Below are positions 41,316 to 52,075 of a stretch of DNA of 64,000 nt, in pieces. Origin of the DNA: Saccharolobus solfataricus P2 (GTDB taxonomy: Archaea; Thermoproteota; Thermoprotei_A; Sulfolobales; Sulfolobaceae); assembly GCF_000007005.1 (NCBI RefSeq), contig NC_002754.1; one strand, given 5' to 3'. Position numbers and translations under genes: made by a program. How positions within the stretch are numbered: the first letter of the stretch is position 1; every line of letters begins with the position of its first letter. Below the pieces are notes generated by a model. The model was not told the DNA's origin. It saw nothing but the letters and a program-made list of their open reading frames with translations, and ran no database searches.

Positions 41316-43199
41316 ATGACCTTGCTTCCAATAATAATTACAATTACTATGCTTCTGGCAATGTTTTACGTAATTTACGAAGTGGAAAAGTGGATATCAA
41401 TAAGGAGAGTGCTATTAGCGCTGTACGTTGAAGGAATGATGTTAATAATGAATATAGGCGCTTACCTTTATCTACTCAGTAATAATCCCTTCTACTTTTT
41501 GATAACCAATTCCGCATATATGATTTTCGGACTATATCCATTACTTAACATAAAAGAAGTGAAAAAGAGACAGTTTATATATGGTATATTTGCATTATTT
41601 ATGGTAATTTCTGAAATAACAATGGGAGCATTAATATATACTTTAGAAACCTCAACCCCAGCTAATATAGATACGTCGATTGAGAATATATATTTCGTGA
41701 GTGTAATGGTAGTTGAAATGGTGTTTACGCTAATTCTATCCTTTAGAAATATTAACAAGACATTAAGGAACTATTTAATAGGTTTATTACTTTTAATGCC
41801 CTGGTTTCCTCAAATATTTCCATCAGTAAATTTACCAATATGGCTTTCCGCTATTATAATGATAGGAGATACAATATTAATTTACGATTCTCTTTATAGT
41901 CAGAGATTAAGGGCATCCCAAGAGACGTTTACAACAATTGAACTAATAATTATTTTCACTTTAATGATGATAGGGGAGTTCTTCTTCTTCCTCTATAATA
42001 CCTTACTAGTTTTCGATATATCAATGATAATAGGAATGATATGGTTCATTTATAGAGCTCTGGCTGGACCAAACTCAAGAAAAGGGAATTACACTAAGAA
42101 TCCTATATTGGCGTTTACAATAATCTTCCTTACATTCGTTATGGAATTCTTCATGGGCGGGGTATTAGATTTTGTTGAGGGAATCTTTTCACCTGGAGTT
42201 TCTGGATTTATAAATAGTCTAACACTGCCATGGGAACCCTTAACAAATCCGATAAACACATTATGGAATTTCATAAACATAGTTGGATCTGTTCTAGGTT
42301 CGATGTGGTTTTTGATAATGATGGGAATAGAAATGGGATTCCTAGCGTTTAAAAAGATGTTAGAAATGAGGGTTAGGGAAGTAAGGATTAGGATGAGTTT
42401 AATGATCCTAGCATACGCGTTATATACGATTTACATACCAATGTTTAGCCCAATTTCAGATCACTTACCCTATTTACCTTATATGTGGTCAATGGGGATT
42501 GGAACTTTAGGAGGAGTTTCAAATTCCGTACTCTTAGGACTTATAGGAACTTATGTAGTTTACGCACTTCTCTCTTTCTTATTTGGATCTAGAAATTTAT
42601 GTGCCATAAGTTGTACTGCACCCTTAATGTATCAAGGTACCTTTTATGACTCACTTAAGGTTTATAATAGGACGTCGAAGCTAGGAAGAAAAATGATGAC
42701 GTCAAGACTATCAAACTGGTTCAAAATTGTAACGCTCAGCATTTCAATATTGGTATTAGTGGCTTCCATTATATCTTATCTTAATTCGTTAGGCATAATT
42801 AATTTTACAATATTCGGCGCTGATATTACAGTTCTAATATATTTCATTTGGTTTGATATAATCTGGTATCTCCTATTCATTTCTATACCATTCTTAGGTA
42901 CATTTGCGTGCATTAATACTGGATATTGTTATTGGGGCGTGTTTAATCAAGCCGTTAGTAGTATAGGTTTATTTAGACTAAAGGTTAAGGATCCAATGAT
43001 ATGCGTTAATTGTAAAACAGTAGATTGTGCATCTGCTTGTCCAGTTGGGATTACAGATATGAGAGGATGGTTTATAAAGAAGGGAGAGTTTAAGTCGTTT
43101 AAGTGTGTTGGATTAGGGGAATGCGTGAACGCCTGTCCATATGACAACATTTTCTTTTACGATGTGAGGCACTGGATAAAGGAGCGGTTTAAACACTAA
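41316..43199 (+). CDS. Polytopic membrane protein with C-terminal 4Fe-4S binding domain (NapH/FixG-like)
   Basis: More than 12 hydrophobic segments, then NLCAISC, CINTGYC, CVNCKTVDCASACP and CVGLGECVNACP. Confidence 0.8.
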   Translation: MTLLPIIITITMLLAMFYVIYEVEKWISIRRVLLALYVEGMMLIMNIGAYLYLLSNNPFYFLITNSAYMIFGLYPLLNIKEVKKRQFIYGIFALFMVISEITMGALIYTLETSTPANIDTSIENIYFVSVMVVEMVFTLILSFRNINKTLRNYLIGLLLLMPWFPQIFPSVNLPIWLSAIIMIGDTILIYDSLYSQRLRASQETFTTIELIIIFTLMMIGEFFFFLYNTLLVFDISMIIGMIWFIYRALAGPNSRKGNYTKNPILAFTIIFLTFVMEFFMGGVLDFVEGIFSPGVSGFINSLTLPWEPLTNPINTLWNFINIVGSVLGSMWFLIMMGIEMGFLAFKKMLEMRVREVRIRMSLMILAYALYTIYIPMFSPISDHLPYLPYMWSMGIGTLGGVSNSVLLGLIGTYVVYALLSFLFGSRNLCAISCTAPLMYQGTFYDSLKVYNRTSKLGRKMMTSRLSNWFKIVTLSISILVLVASIISYLNSLGIINFTIFGADITVLIYFIWFDIIWYLLFISIPFLGTFACINTGYCYWGVFNQAVSSIGLFRLKVKDPMICVNCKTVDCASACPVGITDMRGWFIKKGEFKSFKCVGLGECVNACPYDNIFFYDVRHWIKERFKH

Positions 43200-43282
43200 G
43201 TAGATTTTTTATTCATACTTAACTTTTTTACAGACTATCAAAAGATAACTTTTTATTATATAAAGTATAAAAGAGATATAGT

Positions 43283-44260
43283 ATGCCGTTAAAGACATAT
43301 GATACAATAATAGTTGGGGCAGGGATTGCTGGATTAAGTGCGGCATTATATTCTTCAAGACAAAAACTATCAACGTTAGTACTTTCAAAAGATCTTGGTG
43401 GACAATTAACGTTAACTGATTTAATAGAAAATTATCCAGGGATAGAGTCAACCGGAGGGTTAACTCTAGCGCAAAAGATTGAGAAACAAGCTAAGAAGTT
43501 CGGAGCGGAATTCATTTATGGAGAGGAAGTTAAAGAGATCGCACAAGAGTCGGATTTATTCATAATAAAGGGTATTAAAGGTGAATATGCTGGAAGGGCT
43601 CTAATTTTAGCGTTTGGTAAAACTCCAAGGGAAATTAATGTACCAGGTGAGCAAGAGTTTAAAGGGAAAGGGGTATCATACTGTGCAATATGTGATGCAG
43701 CATTCTTCAAGGGTAAGCCAGCGGCTGTAATAGGCGAAGGTGAACCTGGAATAGAAGCTATAGAATTGTTATCAAATTACGCAAACCCAGCATATTATAT
43801 TACCTCATCTTCTTATCTAGCAGGTGAGGAGGAGATTGTAAAAAATGTAGTGAATAAACCCACAGTTAAAATATTAACATCTTCAAGAGTCTTAGAAATA
43901 AGAGGGAATAGTAAGGTTGAAGAGTTAGTGATAAAGAGAGGGGATGAAATATTACAATTGAAAGTAGATGGTGTGATAATAGAGATGGGCTATACTCTTA
44001 AAACGGAGTTTCTAAAAGGATTTGTTGAGTTAAATGAGAAAGGCGAGATAATTGTGGATGAGTTAGGAAGAACGAGTAGGGAGGGAGTATTTGCAGCTGG
44101 TGATGTTACTCAAACACCGTATAAGCAAGCAGTTGTAGCTGCTGCTGAGGGAGTTAAGGCTGCATTGTCAGCCTATAACTATATTAGAAGTAAAAGAGGT
44201 CTTCCGCCAGTTACCGTAGACTGGAAAGCAGAAAAGAAGAAGGTTAGCTTTAGACTCTAA
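43283..44260 (+). CDS. trxB: Thioredoxin reductase
   Basis: Motifs [16 protein letters not shown] (CxxC) and GVFAAGDV. Confidence 0.92.
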   Translation: MPLKTYDTIIVGAGIAGLSAALYSSRQKLSTLVLSKDLGGQLTLTDLIENYPGIESTGGLTLAQKIEKQAKKFGAEFIYGEEVKEIAQESDLFIIKGIKGEYAGRALILAFGKTPREINVPGEQEFKGKGVSYCAICDAAFFKGKPAAVIGEGEPGIEAIELLSNYANPAYYITSSSYLAGEEEIVKNVVNKPTVKILTSSRVLEIRGNSKVEELVIKRGDEILQLKVDGVIIEMGYTLKTEFLKGFVELNEKGEIIVDELGRTSREGVFAAGDVTQTPYKQAVVAAAEGVKAALSAYNYIRSKRGLPPVTVDWKAEKKKVSFRL

Positions 44261-44290
44261 CTTTTTATCTTTATCTTTTAAATATTATTG

Positions 44291-45646
44291 ATGCAAACGT
44301 ACTTTGTTCCTTTAGCTGTTGATCAGAATTATAATGAGATAAATTTTCATAAACAAATTGCAATCTCCTTGTTGAATTTAGACCTTGAGAAGAAGGAGAA
44401 AGTAGTAAGGGCATCAATTATAGGATGGCCTCTGTTAATAAAAAAGACTGAACAAGGATTTCTAGTCTTAGATCAAACTTTGAGAGTTTCCTCAAGAATA
44501 TTAAAGTATATCTACCCACCATTCAACGATGTTGCTTCAGAATTTTCCTCGATGAATGATTACACAACATTCGTTTCTAATTTGAAGAAGATAAATTTGA
44601 AGCGTGTAAGCTCCAATGAAATAACATTAATTGGTTTGCTAAATATCGAAATTGACAAATTACTTAAAGTCGCAAAGAATAGTGTAAACGCAAATTATCA
44701 ATTATTTATGTTAGATTCCAAACTTAGCGACCATGATGTAAAGGTGATTAAGGATACCTTGATTAGCTTAAAGGCTGAAGCTATATTTACAATAACGTCG
44801 TTAGAAAGCCTGGTGAAGGAAGTGGATGATGTTAGGGTAAGGATAAAAAAGGGCTATGCCAGTAAGTTAGAGGCGACTACGAAAAAATATAATGAGTTAA
44901 TTGAAAATAAGAAAAAGGAGATTGATAACGAGGTTCAGAAAGCCAATAGTGAGATATACAATGAAACAAACAGTGAGATTAGCTCTAGAATCTCAAGACT
45001 TACTGATATTACAACAAGGCATATTGTTGTGAGTTTGAAGTATGAAGGGGGAATTGTAGGGAGAGATGAATTCGAGAATTCCAAGAACGAGTTTGAAAAT
45101 CTTTTGAATGAATTTAGGCAAATAAAAGATTCAGTTGCTGGGAAATATTTGGAGAAGATTAAAAATTTAAGAAAAGAACTTGATTCCTTGTATTCCGAAA
45201 GGAATTCAGAGATAGAGAATATAAATAAATTAATGAAAGATCTGGACAACGTGACAAATGATTTTAAGAATGATGCGAATAAGGTTAAAGAGAACATTGA
45301 GAATTTCATAAAGTATATAGAGTCTTTCTATAATACTAAGTTAGATATGGCTGAGGACAGTACTTTAGTCATACCATTCCTAATAGCTAAAACAAATACT
45401 GGAAATACTTTGGTTGTGCAACCTCAAGTTTATAAGGGAAAGACTAGGGGCATTTTAGGCAAGGTTTTCAAGAAGTCTGATTTATCGGAGCCGTTATTAA
45501 ACCTTCAAGTATTTACCGAGTATTTAAAGACTATCGATATAATTGATAATGTTAAGATACATTCTATACAAATAAATAATGCATTAAAGGAAATTAATGA
45601 TGAAGGTTGGAGGAGCCTTGATTCCCTCGAGGAGATTTACGCATGA
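44291..45646 (+). CDS. Long coiled-coil hypothetical protein
   Basis: ~450 aa with an extended K/E/N-rich heptad region between globular termini. Confidence 0.7.
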   Translation: MQTYFVPLAVDQNYNEINFHKQIAISLLNLDLEKKEKVVRASIIGWPLLIKKTEQGFLVLDQTLRVSSRILKYIYPPFNDVASEFSSMNDYTTFVSNLKKINLKRVSSNEITLIGLLNIEIDKLLKVAKNSVNANYQLFMLDSKLSDHDVKVIKDTLISLKAEAIFTITSLESLVKEVDDVRVRIKKGYASKLEATTKKYNELIENKKKEIDNEVQKANSEIYNETNSEISSRISRLTDITTRHIVVSLKYEGGIVGRDEFENSKNEFENLLNEFRQIKDSVAGKYLEKIKNLRKELDSLYSERNSEIENINKLMKDLDNVTNDFKNDANKVKENIENFIKYIESFYNTKLDMAEDSTLVIPFLIAKTNTGNTLVVQPQVYKGKTRGILGKVFKKSDLSEPLLNLQVFTEYLKTIDIIDNVKIHSIQINNALKEINDEGWRSLDSLEEIYA

Positions 45647-46242
45647 GCTGCTCTTGGCGATAAGATTAAAATGCGTCTAATTACTAATAAGTAGTAAAAT
45701 ATTATCAACAATGCTACATATATGGCAAGATCAATATAGAAAGGTAAGGGAATAAGATAAACTAGTATCAATAACAATGGAATAAAATAGAATAACCCCC
45801 TATATTTTGAAACCCTAGAAGTTCTGTACTTGGGATATGATATTACATTGATGAAATTTGAGAGTACTACCAAATATATTAAGATAATGTATGGATCATA
45901 GGCGTCATTAAGATATCCCTCTAAACCATCTTGAACTCTCTTTATTTCGCCGACTTCAGTGTTACTATTAGTAAAGATTTTTACGATATTTTCATATCCT
46001 CTCTTGAAAGCGACTAGTTGTGGTCTGCTTACAACAAAATTAAATATACTATACTGAAGATTAAAATTTTTAATCTCGCCTATCTTAGAATTGTACTGAT
46101 AGATCTCATAAGAATCTAACCCTTCACGTTTCAGCAGAAAGTTATAGTTACCCTCAACTCTTATCTGATTTCTTTCAACTTTAACAGTACACAGTGTTAA
46201 ACCTTCTGAACTTATTGTGCCATTAGAGTATTTAAATATCAT
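45637..46242 (-). CDS. Hypothetical membrane protein (beta-rich N-terminus, C-terminal TM helices)
   Basis: 201-aa ORF, convergent with the coiled-coil gene and overlapping it by 10 bp. Confidence 0.65.
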   Translation of the reverse strand: MIFKYSNGTISSEGLTLCTVKVERNQIRVEGNYNFLLKREGLDSYEIYQYNSKIGEIKNFNLQYSIFNFVVSRPQLVAFKRGYENIVKIFTNSNTEVGEIKRVQDGLEGYLNDAYDPYIILIYLVVLSNFINVISYPKYRTSRVSKYRGLFYFIPLLLILVYLIPLPFYIDLAIYVALLIIFYYLLVIRRILILSPRAAHA

Positions 46243-46261
46243 TAAAAATCTACTAACTGTG

Positions 46262-46447
46262 CTAGAATATTAGCTTTCTCCTCTTCCTTGCGTAATTTAG
46301 GACATATTTTCTAGACAATAAGAACTTCTTACTCTTAAAATAAAAATAATACGCCTTGTAGACTTTTGGTAACCTAACATGGTAAAGACGAGATTTATAA
46401 CCCATGTAATAAAATAGCATTCTAGGATAATAAGGATTAGTTAGCAT
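46262..46447 (-). CDS. Possible small basic Tyr/Lys/Arg-rich protein
   Basis: 61-aa ORF in an intergenic gap with an ATG start. No homology recognised. Confidence 0.3.
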   Translation of the reverse strand: MLTNPYYPRMLFYYMGYKSRLYHVRLPKVYKAYYFYFKSKKFLLSRKYVLNYARKRRKLIF

Positions 46448-46653
46448 TGTGAGGATGACTATTTTTCCTATTTTAGACTGCTTTGTTGTTAAATTGAATA
46501 CTTTTATATTAAATACTAATATATTTATTTCGATAGATGATCAGATATTTAATTTAGATCTGTAATAATCCTTAAATCCTTATAAAAATTCGATAAATCT
46601 ACAAAGTAACTTTAAACATAAACAATATAAACGATTATCCAAAAGGTAATACT

Positions 46654-47580
46654 ATGGCTTTAAACGAAAGAAGAGTAATAGCACTCATCTTAACTGTAGT
46701 ATTAGCTGGAATAGCACTCGGCGGTGGTGTTTTCGTACTATCCAGCGTATTTAAGATAATACCTGCTGATTATCTACTCTATATTTACGCTGCAATTTGG
46801 TTTATAGTTGCGGTTATTGTTTCGTACTTTATAGGCTCTCTTATTAGGAATAGATTAGGAGATGTAATAGGTTACGATAACGCTAGCAGTATTTCATTTG
46901 TAGTTAGACTAATTGGATATATCATAGCATTCGTAGGATTCTTTGTACTAATTAGGGTAAGTTTGGGTACTGCGTTAGCTGCTGGTGGTTTCGCGGGATT
47001 AGTGTTAGGTTTAGCTGCCCAAGACGTTCTTGCCAACATATTCGGCGGGATAATGATAGTGATTTCTAGGCCATATAAGGTAGGAGACAGAGTGACGGTA
47101 TCAACGTGGCAATATGGTTTATTAGCTCCAACCTATCCTCCAAAGTTCTTCTCTAATGATTTTTTGATCCCAGGTTACACCGGTACAGTAACAGACATTT
47201 CATTACTTTATACTACAATATTTACAGACGACCAGATTCCAGTAAAGATACCTAATAGTATAATGATTCAAGCTGCAATTTTCATTCATAATGGGGAGGA
47301 GAAAAGGAAGGTCAGAACTAAGTATGAAGTCTCCAAGGATATAGATCCAGATGTTTTAATTAACGTTCTTAAGGAAAAAATAAAGAAACTGGATTTCGTA
47401 ATCGAAGAACCTTCAATTAAAGTGCTTGAAACTACATTAAACACATACATTTTAGGAATAGATACGATCTGTAAAACTATATATGAAGAACCTCCAAGAA
47501 GCGAAATACTAAAAATAGTTATGAGGACAGTAAGAGAACTTCAAACTAAGACCGCAGCTGCCAGTGACTATAATAGATAA
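46654..47580 (+). CDS. mscS: Small-conductance mechanosensitive channel
   Basis: Motifs GLVLGLAAQDVLANIFGG, RPYKVGDRV, GTVTDISLLYT and KIPNS. Confidence 0.9.
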   Translation: MALNERRVIALILTVVLAGIALGGGVFVLSSVFKIIPADYLLYIYAAIWFIVAVIVSYFIGSLIRNRLGDVIGYDNASSISFVVRLIGYIIAFVGFFVLIRVSLGTALAAGGFAGLVLGLAAQDVLANIFGGIMIVISRPYKVGDRVTVSTWQYGLLAPTYPPKFFSNDFLIPGYTGTVTDISLLYTTIFTDDQIPVKIPNSIMIQAAIFIHNGEEKRKVRTKYEVSKDIDPDVLINVLKEKIKKLDFVIEEPSIKVLETTLNTYILGIDTICKTIYEEPPRSEILKIVMRTVRELQTKTAAASDYNR

Positions 47581-47606
47581 AAGGGCTCTACTTAATATTT
47601 TACCAA

Positions 47607-48839
47607 ATGTTTACGATAAGAAATGCAAAACTGCTAGATGGAAGGATTGTAGATGTTGGAATAGAAGGCGAGAAGATAGTTTGTCTAGGGGAATGTGAAG
47701 ATAATGACGAATTAATAGATGCTGAAAATAAATTAGTAATCCCACCATACTTTAACATGCACTTCCATTTAGATAGTGCTTTTACTAAAGCTGTAAATAA
47801 AAGCGGTACATTATGGGAAGGAATAAGGATATGGCAAGATATAAGGAATAAGATAAGCGAGGATGAGGTAGTTAGAAACGCGCTAACTGCGGTAAAACTA
47901 TTCGTGGCATACGGTACTCTTTGGATAAGGTCACACGTTGACATTACTGAGAGATCCTTCAAACTATTAAGAGCTATAAATAGGGTTAAGGATGAGAGTA
48001 GGGATATAGCTGATATACAAATTACCGCATTCCCCCAAGACGGGATATTTACCGAAAAGGGGAATGACGAACTTCTTAGAAAGGCTTTAGAAAATGGCGC
48101 AGACAATGTTGGGTTAATTCCTCACAATGAAATTACTAGAGAGGATGGTTTCAAGTCAATTAAATATGCATTTGAGCTAGCCAAGGAATATAATAAGGAC
48201 GTTGATGGACATATCGATGAAACCGATGATCCCAATTCAAGATATTTAGAAGTGTTGGCAAAGGAAACAATAAATAATGAATGGTACGGAAGAGTTACCG
48301 CTGGTCATGTTACTGCGATGCATAGTTGGGATTCAGCATATAGGTTCAGAATTTTACCGTACGTTGCGAGGGCTGGAATAACTGTAGTGCCAAATCCTTT
48401 GATAAACGTTGTTCTCCAAGGGAGATTTGATGGGTATCCTAAAAGGAGAGGAATGGCTCCCATAAAGGAAATGCTATATGCAAACGTTAACGTTACATTA
48501 GGTCATGATTGTATTATGGACCCTTGGTATCCCTTAGGAATAGGAAATATGTTACAAGTTCTCTTTATGGCTATCCATTTGGATCAAATGATGGGTATTA
48601 ACGAGTTGGTTTCCTCAATCAACTTGATAACTTTTAATGGAGCTAAAGCTTGGAGAGTAAAGAACTATGGGATTGAAGTTGGTAATGAGGCGAATTTGCT
48701 AGTAACTGATGCTGATGACGTTATAGATTTGATTCGTTTCATGTGGCCTCCTAGATTTGTGATAAGGAAGGGAAAGGTGATAGCTAAGGAAGGTAAGTAC
48801 GTCCTATTCAAAGGCAAATGGGAGAGGATAAAAGGTTGA
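47607..48839 (+). CDS. codA: Cytosine deaminase-type amidohydrolase
   Basis: Motifs HFHLD, IRSHVD, GHIDE, AGHVTAM and GHDCIMDPWYPLG. Confidence 0.85.
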   Translation: MFTIRNAKLLDGRIVDVGIEGEKIVCLGECEDNDELIDAENKLVIPPYFNMHFHLDSAFTKAVNKSGTLWEGIRIWQDIRNKISEDEVVRNALTAVKLFVAYGTLWIRSHVDITERSFKLLRAINRVKDESRDIADIQITAFPQDGIFTEKGNDELLRKALENGADNVGLIPHNEITREDGFKSIKYAFELAKEYNKDVDGHIDETDDPNSRYLEVLAKETINNEWYGRVTAGHVTAMHSWDSAYRFRILPYVARAGITVVPNPLINVVLQGRFDGYPKRRGMAPIKEMLYANVNVTLGHDCIMDPWYPLGIGNMLQVLFMAIHLDQMMGINELVSSINLITFNGAKAWRVKNYGIEVGNEANLLVTDADDVIDLIRFMWPPRFVIRKGKVIAKEGKYVLFKGKWERIKG

Positions 48840-48876
48840 GTTATAGTTTTATTAACTTACTTTCATAATTCGGATT

Positions 48877-49503
48877 ATGGATGTGAGTGTATTCCTTGCC
48901 GCATTAGGAATATCCCTTCTTGAACTAACTGAAGCTGGTGCAATAGCTGCAATATATCATAATATTTACAAGAACAATTTACCATTTATTTACGCCGTAT
49001 TGGGTGTTGCTATCGTTCTCATACCAACGTTTACTTTAGGTAAGTTAATTTATTTGGTTCCCTTAAATTACGTACTTTTAGCATCAGCGGTGATTCTATT
49101 CTATTTTGGTTATAGACTGATAAGGAGTGCAAGGAGATCTTTTAAAGGGATTAAGAAGAAGGGAGGAGAAGAAAAGGAAGAGGGATTATCTGTGGTATTT
49201 ACAGTTTCTGCGATTGAAGGACTGGAAGCATCATTAGTCATTTTAGCCCTTATACCTCAAAGTTATTCATCAGCAGTAATGGGTGCAATACTAGCTTCAG
49301 TTTTAGTGGTTATCTTAACGGCAATACTAAAATCGCAAGTGGCTAGAATTAGATTACCTCATTTGAAATTCGTTCTCTCTGCGTTACTCTTTAGCTTAGG
49401 TACCTTATGGATAAGTGAAGTTGTCTTTGACATACCAGATCTTATACTACCATTATTCTTCCTAGCCTATTTGGGAATAAATTACGTTATAATAAAGATT
49501 TAA
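48877..49503 (+). CDS. Uncharacterised membrane protein with internal repeat (COG4280/GDT1-like)
   Basis: Two homologous halves (SLLELTEA / SAIEGLEA) and about 6 TM segments. Confidence 0.7.
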   Translation: MDVSVFLAALGISLLELTEAGAIAAIYHNIYKNNLPFIYAVLGVAIVLIPTFTLGKLIYLVPLNYVLLASAVILFYFGYRLIRSARRSFKGIKKKGGEEKEEGLSVVFTVSAIEGLEASLVILALIPQSYSSAVMGAILASVLVVILTAILKSQVARIRLPHLKFVLSALLFSLGTLWISEVVFDIPDLILPLFFLAYLGINYVIIKI

Positions 49504-49508
49504 TAATT

Positions 49509-50423
49509 TTATTCTTCTTTTACTAAATAATTCCTTAACACTCCTATCTTGCTTATCTCCGCCTCAATTGTATCGCCCGGTTTCAAGAATTTTCCAGTAG
49601 CTAATCCAACTCCAGGCGGAGTTCCAGTAGATATTATATCTCCAGGTTTTAATGTTATACCATTTGACAAATACTCGATTATCTCATCAATCTTAAATAT
49701 CATGTCCTCAGCGTAAGCGTCTTGCCTAACTTCCCCGTTAACTCTTAAAGTCAACCTCAATTCATAAGGGTTTGGAATTTCATCCTTGGTAACTATCCAC
49801 GGTCCCATTGGTGCTCCAGTGTCCATACCCTTACCGTGAACCCACCTCATACCATAGGGCATTTCTGATGGAAATTGTCTATCCCTATAACTAATATCGT
49901 TGAACACTGTATAACCAAATACGTAATCAAACGCTCTTTCTCTCTTTACATACTTCCCTTGTTTCCCAATTATAACTCCTAGCTCAATTTCGTAATCAAC
50001 CTTATTTGATGCTTTCGGATACAGTATAGGTTGATTATGACCGATTAACGCGTTTGAGAACTTAGTAAAAATGTAAGGTTCCTTTGGAGGTTCATTATTA
50101 GTCTCCTTGCCGTGAGCCTTGTAATTAACAGCCAAGAGGAAAATCTTCTCTGGATTAGTAATAGGTGGATAATAGAAAATCTTCTCTGGATCATAAGACA
50201 CTTTGTCCTCCTTACCCCTTAAACTATCCAAAACACTCTTTATCAGTAAGATTGAGCCATTTCCACCTTCAATTAAATCCTTAGTATCGTAAAACCAATT
50301 TGGGGGCTTAGCGTCATATAATAGTTCATAAGCCTTTACTAGGTCAATGACCCTACCGTTCTCATAAACACCAACTCTCTTAAATTCGTTAGGATTTGGA
50401 GAGAATAATAGGATTTTAACCAT
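49509..50423 (-). CDS. Fumarylacetoacetate hydrolase-family protein
   Basis: Motifs [28 protein letters not shown] and [14 protein letters not shown]. Confidence 0.92.
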   Translation of the reverse strand: MVKILLFSPNPNEFKRVGVYENGRVIDLVKAYELLYDAKPPNWFYDTKDLIEGGNGSILLIKSVLDSLRGKEDKVSYDPEKIFYYPPITNPEKIFLLAVNYKAHGKETNNEPPKEPYIFTKFSNALIGHNQPILYPKASNKVDYEIELGVIIGKQGKYVKRERAFDYVFGYTVFNDISYRDRQFPSEMPYGMRWVHGKGMDTGAPMGPWIVTKDEIPNPYELRLTLRVNGEVRQDAYAEDMIFKIDEIIEYLSNGITLKPGDIISTGTPPGVGLATGKFLKPGDTIEAEISKIGVLRNYLVKEE

Positions 50424-50454
50424 AGGTAAAACTCCTTATTTTTAATATAAATAA

Positions 50455-52050
50455 CTATCTTTTCATTAACAATCTAGAAGGTATACTATTAGGGCTAACG
50501 TGAACTCTTAGAACTGTTGGACTCTTGAGAGATAATCCAACGGCCTCTTCTACACTTTTCTTAAGGTCTTTCCTATCCTTAACCTCAATTACGTTAACCC
50601 CAATCCCTTCCACAACCTTAGTGTAATCTATTTGAAATACATCAGTTGTAAAAGTATTTCCATATCTCATTTTCTGATTTAACCTTAGGAAGTGCTGTAC
50701 ACCATCCTCTACTAAAACTGTTAAGAAGTTGATCTTATACTGTGCTGCAGTAATTAGTTCATTAAAACATCCTTGAAATCCTAGATCTCCTATAATACTC
50801 ACTATTTGCCTCTCTGGAGATGCAATTTTACCCCCTATGCTAGCTGGAATAGCAGATCCCATTGCGTTAAAGATAAGCGAATTAAAGTATGAGTTCGGTT
50901 TATACACTTTTATATCCATTGCCATAACTTGATTTGTCCCTGCATCAGAGATGATAACCCTATCTTCACTTAACGTCTCATCTAAAACTTTAGCTAAGTA
51001 ATCATGAGTTATTTCACTTGTGTTATCAACTATATCGCTGTTCTTTTCCTCCACTTTATAACTCCATTTAGGCAAATTAACCTTCTCAACGATCTCCTCT
51101 AGAAAAGCTTCGGCACTTGCTTTTATAGTAACTTCTGCATTTATTGAGGTGTTAAATACGTTAACGTCCGGATCCACGTGAAGTATCCTATCCGGCAATT
51201 TAATGCTCCATCTACTAGTTTCGAGATCGTTAAATGATGTCCCTAGTGCTATGAGGCAATCCCCTGGTATCTCCTTGAGGTTAAATATTGTTCCAGCATA
51301 TAAGGGATGATTCTCCGGAATGCTTCCCTTACCCCTTATTGTGGTGAATACGGGAATCCCTAATTTTTCAATGTAGTTCAAGATGTTCGATCTAGACGCA
51401 CCATAACCTAATAGTAGAATTGGTTTAGAACACTCACTCAAGAAATTTAACGCTTCCCTTACTTCCTCTTTCGTAGGATAAATTAATGTTCTATTAACCT
51501 TCTTAATCTTATAATTCTCAAAATCACCTTTCTCTTCCAATACATCGACCGGAACCTCAATGTAAACCGGTCCCATCTTATCTTCGAGAGCTATTTTAAA
51601 AGCCCTTTCCATTATAATTGGCACATCTTCTGGAGAGTAAATTCTAAATGATGCCTTAGTTGCTTGTCTGGCCATTTCTAACTGTAAGTCGTAATAGCCA
51701 GAATCGTGAAGTTGTCTCCTATGTCTATATTTAAATTCCTTATTGAGGGAGATAAGGACAAGAGGAGAACCTTCAGAATAAGCGCCGACCAGAGCAGTTA
51801 AAGAATTAGTAAAGCCAGGACCATTTACTGATAAGAAAACTCCCACATTTCCCTTTAATCTAGCATAATAGTCTGCCATTATTGCCCCTCCGTATTCTAA
51901 TCTAGGCATATAGTATCTAATTTCCCCTCTACTTACCCTTTTTCTGAGCTCCTCGTATAATGATAAACCATGGGTTCCAGGTATCCCGAATACGTCGGTA
52001 ACTTGAGAAGAAATCGTATCAATTAGAAGCTCGGACGTAGTTTTGCCCAT
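50455..52050 (-). CDS. ThDP-dependent enzyme, acetolactate synthase large-subunit-like
   Basis: Motifs VFGIPG, catalytic Glu (RLEYGG), GPGFTN, MGSAIPASIG and GDLGF. Confidence 0.85.
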   Translation of the reverse strand: MGKTTSELLIDTISSQVTDVFGIPGTHGLSLYEELRKRVSRGEIRYYMPRLEYGGAIMADYYARLKGNVGVFLSVNGPGFTNSLTALVGAYSEGSPLVLISLNKEFKYRHRRQLHDSGYYDLQLEMARQATKASFRIYSPEDVPIIMERAFKIALEDKMGPVYIEVPVDVLEEKGDFENYKIKKVNRTLIYPTKEEVREALNFLSECSKPILLLGYGASRSNILNYIEKLGIPVFTTIRGKGSIPENHPLYAGTIFNLKEIPGDCLIALGTSFNDLETSRWSIKLPDRILHVDPDVNVFNTSINAEVTIKASAEAFLEEIVEKVNLPKWSYKVEEKNSDIVDNTSEITHDYLAKVLDETLSEDRVIISDAGTNQVMAMDIKVYKPNSYFNSLIFNAMGSAIPASIGGKIASPERQIVSIIGDLGFQGCFNELITAAQYKINFLTVLVEDGVQHFLRLNQKMRYGNTFTTDVFQIDYTKVVEGIGVNVIEVKDRKDLKKSVEEAVGLSLKSPTVLRVHVSPNSIPSRLLMKR

Positions 52051-52075
52051 AAATTATTTTTATAATCCCTATAAA

